Below, piece by piece: positions 12,830 to 23,380 of a DNA stretch of 64,000 bases. Origin of the DNA: Camelus ferus (Eukaryota); the NCBI RefSeq assembly GCF_009834535.1, contig NC_045696.1, positions 37,574,001 to 37,638,000 of the forward strand, in the 5' to 3' direction. Both the position numbers and the translations under genes were made by a program. Position 1 is the first letter of the stretch; each line of letters opens with the position of its first letter. Below the pieces are notes generated by a model. That model did not search any database. It saw nothing but the letters and a program-made list of their open reading frames with translations, and had not been told where the DNA came from.

Positions 12830-13260
12830 TTACATTTATACAATAGAATATATTTTATTTAGTCATAAAAAAGGACAAACTAGTATATATGCAACAGCAT
12901 AAATCTCAAAAGCATTATGCTAAGTAAATTTTAAAAAGGCAAATGCAACACATATTCTGAGATCAGATGAGTTTGGGTGCATTCAGGGTGGTACAGCCAA
13001 AGACTACAATGCATACTCTGAATGATTCCATTTTAAAACATTTTAGAGAAAGCAAAACTAAAGAGGTAGAAATCAGAACAAAGATTGCAGTGGGGACAAG
13101 ATGGGTGAGAATGCTCACTCCAAAGGGGCACGGTGGAACTTCTGAAGGTAAAAAAATGTTCTGTATTTGATTATTTTAATTATGTTTGTCAAAATCTATT
13201 GCATTATACATCTAGTAATGACAAATTTTGTTGTTTGCAAACGATACTTCAATAAACCCA
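12830..13260 (+). mobile_element. Old L1 (L1MD/ME-like) ORF2 end and 3' UTR, host of the 5S fragment
   Basis: atacaatagaata...atctcaaaagcattatgctaagt...atgattccattttaaaacattttagagaaagcaaaacta...atacttcaataaa. Confidence 0.75.
12955..13004 (-). pseudogene. 5S rRNA retropseudogene (first 50 nt only, tailless)
   Basis: Reverse complement gtctttggctgtaccaccctgaatgcacccaaactcatctgatctcagaa versus mammalian 5S gtctacggccataccaccctgaacgcgcccgatctcgtctgatctcggaa: 40/50 identical by hand count. Flanked by degenerate direct repeats. Confidence 0.9.
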
Positions 13261-13494
13261 AATTAAACAAACGAAAAAGACTAAAAAGTATTGCATATTC
13301 TCATTAGCGACATATTCTGTCAGCTAAGGAAGAAGTTTCTGAAATACTATTTAAATGAGTGTGTATGCATTTAAAATATAAACTACATTTTATAATTTAT
13401 ATATAAACAAAGGGATTTGGTTTTACATTTTCATGCAGATTATAGGTCTCATGTTCTTTTGATAATTATTTTTAAGCCTCTACAAAAGTAATTA

Positions 13495-14240
13495 ACAAGA
13501 CTTCCTGATTTCAACTCCTAAATATCTCTTACATACTACCATCTACTTATTTCCTTTTCATCACTGTGTCTACTCATTTTAACCACATCACCATCTCTCA
13601 ACTAGTGTACTTCAAAAGTATACTGACAGCACTTTCTGTCACCAGTATTTCTCATCTTCATTCTGGTCTTCATATATGGAATCAAAGTTTGCTCTTCTAA
13701 AATGCAGATTTTAGCATGACATCCTCCGCTATGTTAAATATGTTAATGGAATCCCATTGCTTTTAGATGAATTCTGGATTCCCTAACAAGACCCTCATGA
13801 TTTGAATTCTCTTTATCATTCTTCCTTTCTTGACCACAATATTTTAGTAAGACTGAATGTTTGTAGTTCCCTGTAATATGATTTACCTTCTCTCTGACAT
13901 AGACTTAATAAAGTTGATCCTTTGATCTTTAAGATGATTCTATTCCATGCCCCAATTCCTTTCCCTCTTTGCCTAGCTAATTCTTACTTAGATTTTATAT
14001 TTCATTCATGATGCCACCTCTTTCAGAAGACCTTTTCTGATGCCTCTCAAAAAGTGTTAGAAATATCTCTATATACATAGATAGCACCACTCAAGTTATT
14101 TCCATTCAGGCATGTATCACACCATATTAGGACTATACTGATGCCCTCACTGAAGTATAAACCCCATAAGGGTCCATGTGTGTACTTTTTAATACATGGA
14201 CCATATTAAAGTCTCAAGAATTTTAAATGAATTAATGGAT
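13495..14240 (+). mobile_element. L2 3' portion
   Basis: tcaactcctaaatatctc...cttctaaaatgcagattttagcatgac...tgcctagctaattcttactt...cacctctttcagaagaccttttctga...aatgaattaatg. Confidence 0.75.
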
Positions 14241-15073
14241 AATTAAGTATTTGGTATTGCTTTTAGGGTTTGTACATTTGAATTTCAGCAACTAAGAAAG
14301 TATTGTCTCCACAGATACACTTTAGAAAAAAGAAAATAACTCTATAAAATGATGCCATTGCTCAGGTGCAGAAACTTCCAGATATACAAACATCATGAAT
14401 CAAAAGGAATTTGTGAAATGCACTCTTTGGTTTATTAAATTTTGGAACTTTCTCAAACATGATTAATTTAAAAAATGAAATGTTTCTGGTTCAACAGTCA
14501 ATATTAAGATACATTCAGAAATTGTGCCGTCTCTGGGACATTTTTCCTGGCAAGAATGCAGTAGCTTTATCCATTTTAAACACCACAACAGTTATTGAAA
14601 CAGAAAGATTCCCAAGAGAAGATATCTTGCTGTCAGCGGTGTTTAGCTCTTGTCCTAATCCTTGCTAAACCAGTTATTCTAATTAACATTTCAAACAAAC
14701 ATCCCAAAGGATAGGCTCAAAGTACAATCTACTTTTCTTCAAAGGGGAAACCCTCTGTTATCTCCCAAGAATAAACTCTTTATTTTCCTGGACATCCCTA
14801 TAAAATACTTAACTGACTTTTTTTTTTTTTAAGAGTCAGAGACCTGAATCTGCAGCCTCATATATTATATATGCAGTGAGTTGTGTGTTTTAGAACAGCT
14901 GTATCTAAACTGATTAACAGATCCAATTAAATTTCACCAAGAAAATGGTTTCAAAAAATTAACTTTGGCTGAATGTTAAAATGCAATTAGTCTTTGTAAT
15001 TACACATAACCTATCTAATAATTTTATACTTTCAAATTAAAGATTTTCAGTAATTTTTTTCAAAAATTGTTAC

Positions 15074-15098
15074 CTTAATACCAATGCCAAATTAAGAA
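15074..15098 (-). CDS. Weak candidate 25-nt exon (phase 1-2), VLNLALVL
   Basis: Acceptor cctgttttcacag|T, donor TAAG|gtaaca. Phase fits after the 19496-19626 exon. Confidence 0.18.
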
Positions 15099-16233
15099 CT
15101 GTGAAAACAGGTGCTGTCAAGGTTATAAAATCAGACTGTCAAACCATCTCTTTTATTTTTTACTTGCGTATCGGTAACTTAATAAATCAGTAAAATACAT
15201 TTGATGAATGGTCAACTCCGATGAACAGTGCCAACTTTCTTCTCTGTAAGAATAGCCTCTATTATGAGACATTAGGAACACTGTAAAATACTTTTAAACA
15301 TTCATTACCAGATACACAAAGATCAAAATTATGATATACAGAAATATTCAAATCATATAAATGAAAATGAAGTCATCACATATAAAATGTTAACATGTCC
15401 AGTTACTTATGGAAGAGGAGGGGTGAGAAGTGTGGTTTATCTTGCAACGGTGAAACTAAACAGAAATATCTATATAAGAGGAACTTCAATCTCACGAGAA
15501 TGGAATGTTAGCAATTTCTTTTGAGGTTGCTTTCTGCTTTTATATTTATTTGTGATGATCTTGAGGGGAAGACCTTAATCCACCCCACCTACTAAGCATT
15601 ATCACACACAGCAGTTTAAGTTTAAAGTGCATTTTTCCATGGGCCATGCAAAGGATGTATTTTTGCTCAAGGCCCCTGGCTGTAATTACTTTTTAAAAAA
15701 TCTACTACATATGACTCTGTGATAACTATAGAGTTCCTTTCTATGCTTTGGCACAGTCAAGGTTATTTTGATTAAAAATTATAAAAGGTCTCTTCTACTA
15801 ATACTTTGTGAAAAAAAGAAAATTCATTAACCATAGATCTTAAGATTCTCACCAGTCCAAAACTGTAGGAAATGAGAGAGAAAGAACAGAGAGATTGTCA
15901 GTAATGTGCTCAGATAACCCATTTAACATAGGGAAAATACATTACCTGAGAGTCTTCTATAAATCAAGACTTAATGAGTATAACTGGAGATATTCATTTG
16001 CCCACAGGCATAAAATAGATTTTATGACATCTAATCTTCACCATAAATAAAGTGAATCTATTAATACATTTAATGATATAACATGAAGTCTACCTTTGCC
16101 TAGTATTCAAACAGCTACTATGCCACTCAAAGGTAAACCTGGACCAAGATAAGTCATAATTAAACCCTTTATTATTCACACGATCACCAGATTCTTAGAC
16201 TCATATCGATCTGCTAGTATTTACTATCTAAAT

Positions 16234-16424
16234 CTGTGGTTCTGAACTTCAACATGTATTAGAATAATCTGAGTGCCTGTTAAAACACAGGCTCCTAGAA
16301 CCTAACCAGAGTTTCTGGCTCAGTTCTGATTCAGTTTCTAATTTATTCTGAACCATCTAGATTGGTGGAGTCTGAAAATCTAATTTCCTAGCAAGTCTCC
16401 AGGTTCTGATTTGAGACCCACTGA
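16234..16424. mobile_element. MER5A-like hAT-Charlie DNA transposon
   Basis: ctgtggttctgaactt...tattagaataatctg...tgttaaaacacag...ttctgattcag...tttgagacccactg, with inverted termini. Confidence 0.7.
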
Positions 16425-16518
16425 TTTAAACCAAATGATCTAAACCATCAGTCTACATATTTTGATTTATCACCAAGTAACCTTCATATTCCATGTAGCT
16501 CACTCAGGACAAAAAAAA

Positions 16519-16594
16519 ATATATATATATATATATATTTATATATATGTGTGTGTGTGTGTGTGTGCGTGCGTGCGTGTGTGTGTGTGTGTAT
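16519..16594. repeat. Compound (TA)n-(TG)n-(TGCG)n microsatellite
   Basis: Directly visible. Confidence 0.95.
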
Positions 16595-17394
16595 AAGATA
16601 ATAAGAAAATCAGGCTTCCTTCACTTTTATAGTTCAATTTTAAACATCAATTAGTATTCTGGCTTTATATATCAACTTTTGAAAGTTCTATTAGCTTGAG
16701 ACATCTGCAAGATTATTTAAATGTGGGATCTAAACAGATCATTTTTTTAGACTGCATGACTGCCTACTCAAAAAGATACGAGATCTTTTTGCCAGCTTTC
16801 CCAAGTGGGAGCTCAAACATTAAATCTCCAATAGAACAACTACAGTATTTTCCAAGCAGGGTTTCTCTTCAAAGATTGATAATAGTAAAATGAAATCATT
16901 CTAATAAACCTGAGATATTATTAAAACTAATCTCATTTCATATTTTAGGGTCATGGCTATTTTAACAGTGTAACAACTCTCATAACATATTTGTCAGCAT
17001 CCTTTCCTTCACCCAGAAAAAAAAAGGCAATAACTCCACGTAAAATTCAGGGAAAGTACAATCTAAGTAAATTATTTTTCTGATATATTTAAAGGCTGAA
17101 ATACAGTTGCTAAGTTGATGGAATTATTTTATAAATTTTTACATCAATCTGCTTTTTAATCATTTATACCATGAAGACTTTACCTAGATTTTGTAAGCCT
17201 GCTGCAAAATGTCACAAACATGAAGGCACCAAGAATGTTAAAATGGACATGGAGTTAAAGAAACATTTGAAACTTAAGATTTGAATGCCTAACATAGTAT
17301 TATGAGTTTTTGCTATTTAGAAAGAAATACCATCTTAAAAATACACATATACATCTCAGCTCAAAGAAATAAATTACATGTGACAGTGACTTGC

Positions 17395-17410
17395 ACACAC
17401 ACACACACAC
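17395..17410. repeat. (CA)8 microsatellite
   Basis: Directly visible. Confidence 0.85.
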
Positions 17411-17515
17411 GGCTTACGTTTTAAATCAAAGGCAACATTATGTTTTATAAAAAATTCCTCCTCTTAGGCCTTTAAAGATAAGGAAATGATTCTTATGGAA
17501 TATCACTATATATAT

Positions 17516-17660
17516 TATTTTGGGGGGGGACATAATTAGGTTTCTATGTATGTATGCATGCATATATGTATGTATTTATATTAATGGAAATACTGGGGAT
17601 TGAACCCAGGATCTTGTGCATGTTAAGCACACACTCTACCACTGAGCTATACCCTCCTCC
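17516..17660 (-). mobile_element. Camelid tRNA-derived SINE (vic-1 type)
   Basis: Reverse complement ggagggtatagctcagtggtagagtgtgtgcttaacatgcacaagatcctgggttcaatccccagtatttccatt...aaacctaattatgtccccccccaaa: Pol III A and B boxes, AT-rich middle, and the characteristic aaacctaatta-C-run tail. Confidence 0.85.
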
Positions 17661-18084
17661 TATATATTTTTATATATACATAGTTATACCAAAACAGTCA
17701 CAAAGAATTTCTGTTTATATTAATAAATCATACATTCTTTCAAACAAAAGACTCAGAATATATTAACAAGCTGGACAGAAATTATTTTAGTTAGCTAGAT
17801 ACAATTCTCATGTAATACATATTTTATATACTATGAAGATATTTCAATCAAATTAGGAGACTATTGTTTGCCCTCACCCTCAGTCCTCTCCCAAAATCAA
17901 AGGCAGTGATGTCATTCCCAACAAAAGTCAAAATTCCTAAGGTCTCTAGGTTTTCATTTATTCACTGACCCATCAGATACTGACTTGTAGGTGTACACTA
18001 TTTGATAAGTGGTTATGTAGATTTGGCTTTAGTAAGGTCCCCCCAGAAATGTCAAAAATTAACTGTACCTGTAGAACATCTAAA

Positions 18085-18108
18085 AAACAAACAAACAAAC
18101 AAACAAAC
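18085..18108. repeat. (AAAC)n microsatellite
   Basis: Directly visible. Confidence 0.9.
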
Positions 18109-19495
18109 GTTTTAAGGAGCGTCATATAACAGCTTATCTCTAATCTATTTCATGTTACTGGACTAAATTCTAGTCTTTAAGGGTTACACAAATGTTTGCA
18201 AACTTCTTTATGTATGTTCATATTCTCGTTATCTGACATAACCTGTCATTTGGGGAAAAAATTCAATGTGTTTTTGCCATTTCAAAATGTATCTGCTTTA
18301 AACTTTCTCACCTACATTAGTGAGATACCACTAACATCCACCTACATGGGACAATATTAATTTGGTTCTGTCTTGCTCAAACATCCAATTTTTATTTTTA
18401 ATTGTATTCAAAAATATTTCTAAAAGAAGACACACACAGGATCAGATATATACAGGAGCTATAAGCAAGGCAAAAAAGTAAGGTAAGCATAATAAGCTAA
18501 TAGAGGTCTGTTTTCCCACAAAAGTTCGATATTTAATCTATGCTGAAATTCCTTAGGAGAGATCACTGAGAGATGAAATGAACCAAGACTATTCAATTCC
18601 ACTATTAAGATAAGCAATTCTATCAGAATGTGCATAATTCAATTTTGCATTTAATTTTTTCTACAAGAAAACCTAAAGACTATTTTTACATATCTGGAGA
18701 TTTTTAGAAAAAAAATTAACCAAACTGAAAGAAAAAGGAGAGGAAAATTCCTTGATTTAATAATCTAATATTTCCAAATGGTTCTTCAGAAAACTTAAAG
18801 ATACATTACATTTGTTTGTATCATCTCTCAGGATTAAATGTTACTCTATCATCTGAGGATATATACAAGTACTCATTTTGATGTTTTTGATTTTTTGGGC
18901 TGGTGTAGATAAATCATATAACATCTGCTACTCCTAGCAACTCAGATATGTGTGCTTATTCCGTAAGAATAATCTCTATTCTGCAAAGAAGATTTTCTTT
19001 CTTTGTATTAGGGGGACAATAAGGGTGTGTTTTCATTATAATGCTTTAATCAAGAAAATTGTATGTAATTAAATTTTAAAATGTGGCTGCATAATGTGTA
19101 CATGTAAATCTAATAAAATTTCACATCACATTCTTGTTTAGTGAAATGTAGATTCTAAACCCCCAAAAGAACTTTGCAACACCTAAATGTGAAAATCCCC
19201 TGTTAGAAGTAATACAAGAACTACATCCATATACTATTAAACTCACACACATCACATACGCACACAAACCCACACAAACCCGAATTTCTTAGCTATTGGA
19301 GTAAAAAAAATTTTTTTTTAATTTTTAGTTAACTTTCCAAACTATTTCTATTTAGCCTTAGGCTGGTCTGTTGCCATATTTAATCCACAGTTACCCCCAA
19401 AATTCACAGTAGCCTAGGTTTAAAAAGAGTTCTACTGCTGTTACAGAATAGTACCTCTGGTGTTGCCTCCAATCCTCCATGTAAAGCAGCTTTAC

Positions 19496-19626
19496 CTTTA
19501 AAAGGATGATGGGGGTGTGGATCCTCTCCTACATTTTCATCATTTTCAAAAAGGAAGCCATACTTCCTTTGTAAGTCTAGTTCTTCTTAATCATTCTTTC
19601 TCTGAGGATAATTTCTATCACTTTTG
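19496..19626 (-). CDS. Candidate coding exon (131 nt) with one frame lesion: AKVIEIILRERMIKK / ELDLQRKYGFLFENDENVGEDPHPHHPFK
   Basis: Strong acceptor gtttgttttgttttgtttttaatag|C and donor TAAAG|gtaaag. No repeat recognised here. Two protein-like half-frames are offset by 1 nt. Confidence 0.45.
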
Positions 19627-20094
19627 CTATTAAAAACAAAACAAAACAAACACCAAATACATTGTACATCATAAGGTTCATCAGTAAAATTGACTCCAGC
19701 TTCTGTTTATGTCAACCAAAATTGCTAACATTATTCCTGCAACTCAAAGATGGGCCTCCAATGCCTCACACTGAGAGGAATCTGTCCATGTGTCTGCCTG
19801 TATAAAGGAAGCACATTTTGACCATAATTACAACACTGAAGTTGCCAAGATTTTTGGAACCAATGCCAGTGAACATGCATTTACTTTTTGTGCAAGATTT
19901 TATGATAAAGAAGTCAACCCTTGTATCTTAAGTCTTAGGTATGAATTTAATGAAAACTGGCTGGAGGACAATGTGAATCATCTATTTCTGGACTTTATAT
20001 AGACAGTTTCCACTTCAAACACTTCTAGCCCTTTGCTTCATTTCTCTTTGTCTTGAAGTTTTTGTTTTTCTGTTGTTTTCTTTTGCTTTTACAG

Positions 20095-20187
20095 ATTCTT
20101 ATCCAATTAGAATTTTTACTAGGCCCAGCTTTGTCGAAATGCCTAGAATCAAGTTAGGCCTCTGATACACACAGACACAATCATATG
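20095..20187 (+). other. Candidate non-coding or 5' UTR exon on the plus strand (93 nt)
   Basis: Long pyrimidine tract ...ttttcttttgcttttacag|A and donor ATG|gtaagg. Stops in all three frames. Confidence 0.25.
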
Positions 20188-22569
20188 GTAAGGAATCATG
20201 CATCCCAGACATTTAATAGTGCATCTGTTCAACATAACTACAACCACTTTCTAGCTACAGTATTCAAATAAGATATTAGGTTCTGTATTTCACATGTAAG
20301 CACAATTAACTTCTGACAATAAATTTTAACTAATTACAATGCATCCATTCATGCAAGGTAATTGCAATATAATGTTTAGTAGTCAATCTGGTGCCTTCAT
20401 AATTAATACTATAAAATTGACATTAAACGTTTCTATACTACATACATTGGCACAGAGAAATTTGATAAACATTTAAATATTTGCATGCATTGTAATTCCT
20501 ACTATATAAAATCATTTAAAATAAATAATGGACAGGTAAACACAAGCAGGAAGCTAATTTTATATTAAAACACGTTTATTGTCTCTTAGTGGCTAAGCCA
20601 TTATCAGCACCCAAGATTGAGAATGTGGCATCTAGACTAAACTTACTTATTTAGGATACTCTGTTTGCATATTTTATGTTTATAACAAATAATTTTTGCT
20701 TTTTTTTGAATGAGTAAACTTCAAAATCATAGAAACCTAGATCCAGAAAAGACTTGCAACATTCTTCTGCTCAGTATCATTATTTTATACACAAACTGGA
20801 ATAATTTAGTGATGGATTTAGACTAAGGTATCAGTCTTAATAGATGTCATTCTAGAGTCTACTTACTATTCAATGCTGGAGTTTGTATAATGCAATTAAT
20901 GTCTACTATTATCAGCGATAATGAAAAATATTTATACTTCTGTTTATGTACTAAGATTATCATTATCTTTGAAGTCCTAGAACAAGAGCTCTAAATATTA
21001 CTTTATTCTTTTTTTCATCAGATGAGTTTAAATAAAAACACATTCATTAGTATTATTACAATAATATAAATTCTAATTATAGGGAAGATTTCAGAATAGA
21101 TTTATGTAAGAAAAAGTTCCATCCATATTATTGGTTATGTGATTATTCTTTAGATTTTACATGTGGTAAAATATTTAATCAATTTCATTGCTTCCTTAGA
21201 ATACAAGATACTGATATACATATGTTCACAATTAGTAATATGCATTTATTCAACTAAATAATGTTTCCTGTTTAAAATGTGGAGAAATATAGTTATAAAT
21301 CTATAAAGGTGATTAGTTTGATAAGGAAATACAGACTGATGGCATCACTAGATTATGTGCTGAATTAAGTAATACTTTTCTTTTAGTCAATGCTTATTAA
21401 GTCATTGACTTTAAGAACATAACCAAAGAAAAGGAGCTCCAATATTTTAATTTATTTGTTATTTAGCTACTCTAAAATCTCTTAGAACCATGGGATATTT
21501 AAACTTGCATGATTTTTAAGCATAGAGTTTCCAATTATAAATATCTGAAAATTAAAAGTAGAAATAATCCATTATCCCTTGCTTAGAATCTTTAAATTCA
21601 GTGAATGTACTGAAAAATTGATCCTACATGGCAGCATATTTTTGATTCTTCTGAGGAGATCAAACATATTTTTAGAGAGATGCTCTGAGTTACAGTTGGT
21701 GCAGGGTGCTGTCTTTCAGAGTAAACAATCAAAATGAAAATCAAGTAATAGTATCCTCAAAAAGAAAGTGTTTATATTCCTCTTGAAATAAGTAGCATTA
21801 TCCTGAAATAGGTTATACTTTCTTTATTCACTAAATGAGGAAAGCGATTTTCTTTTTGCTACAAGCCACATTCTCTGCTGGTTACACCGACCACAGAGGT
21901 ACACCAGGAAAATTAATCAGTACAATAATTATGTGTCCAATAACATCCCAATTATGTAAGATACCTGCAACTAATTCATCTCAGAAAATTTAAGCTTAAG
22001 TAAACCTTTGCTGTGGCAAAACTATTCTCTGTTTCACTTTGAAAGTTTAAGGTTATATTCAGTGCATTATCCTTCCAAAAAACAAATTTAAAATTTAATA
22101 ATCTAAACCATTTTAAGTATAATTTCACATATTAATTTTATCAATAAATCTTTAAAGATGAGATTCTGAAGTTAAGAATCTTATTCATTTCCATATTAGC
22201 ATATGGGTAATGGAATTCTAGTCTGAGAGAATTATATTAAAACAAACTAAGCAGAATATATACATGGCAAATATATCCAGAAATGAAACAGATCTACTTA
22301 ATTTTAAGGAAAATATTTACACCTCAGAGATACTCAGAATTCATTAGTACAAACTAATTTAGACAATATACCTTCAACTCCAGAATTAATTAAAATATAC
22401 TTTCTTTGTTATATTTCACATTTTATTTACACTGTTATATGAATGCATTTTATTACAAAAGCAAATTAAATACAATCATTATTTGTAAACAGTTGGATTC
22501 CAAGTAGTGTATTCAATTCAGTCCCAGGGAAATTTTACTGTTTGCACACTTGAGGTCTATTTTCAACTA

Positions 22570-22765
22570 ATGTATTGAGAGTAGCTATGAGTTACAATCC
22601 TCTAACTGTAAATAAATCCCTATACTTTTCATACTTCATCTCTAATTTACACAGAAAGTTTGTTAAAGTTATTATTACATTTGTGAAAACTGAGGCTCAG
22701 ATTAACTAACATTCAGCTAGTAACTGAATGATTCCTGTGTAGAAAACAAGTCTGCTTGAAAACCC
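22570..22765 (-). mobile_element. MIR SINE
   Basis: tattattacatttgtgaaaactgaggctcagattaactaacattcagctagtaa. Confidence 0.6.
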
Positions 22766-22899
22766 CATTTTTTTCCAGTTGCATCAGCACACTGGATATT
22801 TTATGATTTCCAATAAAATAATAAAGACCTGTTATATATGCCACAACTAATGCGGTAGTTCAAGATCTGACTGCTAGAGGTCATCAAATAGTATTTGTA

Positions 22900-23380
22900 A
22901 ATTACTCAGCCATAATTGCCATTTGCAGCAATATGGATGGACTTAGAGAATATCATACTAGGTGAAATAAGTCAGACAGAGAAAGACAAATAGAATATGA
23001 TATCACTTTTATGTGAAATTGAAAAAATAATACAAATGAATCTATTTACAAAACAGAAACAAATTCACAGACATAGAAAACAAACTTATGGTTACCAAAG
23101 GGGAAGGGAAATAGGGAGGGACAAATTAGGGGTACGGGATTAAGAGATACACACTGCTATATATAAAATAGATAAGCAACAAGGATTTGCTGTATAAAAC
23201 AGGGAACAACATTCACTATTTTGTAATAACCTATAATGAAAAATAATCTGAAAAATATATACATGTAACTGAATCACCTTGCTGTACACCTAAAACTATT
23301 GTATGTGTACAATTTTTTGAAACTATTATGTGTATACAATACACAATATTGTAAATCAACTATAATTTAATAAAAAGAAA
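22900..23380 (+). mobile_element. L1 3' end (cetartiodactyl type)
   Basis: gccatttgcagcaatatggatggacttagagaatatcatactaggtgaaataagtcagacagagaaagacaaat...aatattgtaaatcaactataatttaataaaaa. Confidence 0.9.

Noticed and set aside
12955..13004. Functional 5S rRNA gene
   Set aside because: Only 50 of about 120 nt are present, CpG-decayed, lacking box C and the terminator.
14171..14202. Short hairpin ggtccatgt...acatggacc as a structured RNA
   Set aside because: A 9-11 bp stem inside an L2 fossil; too short for a pre-miRNA and plausible by chance.
17580..17660. Functional tRNA gene
   Set aside because: It is the tRNA-derived head of a SINE, with a SINE tail and decayed stems.
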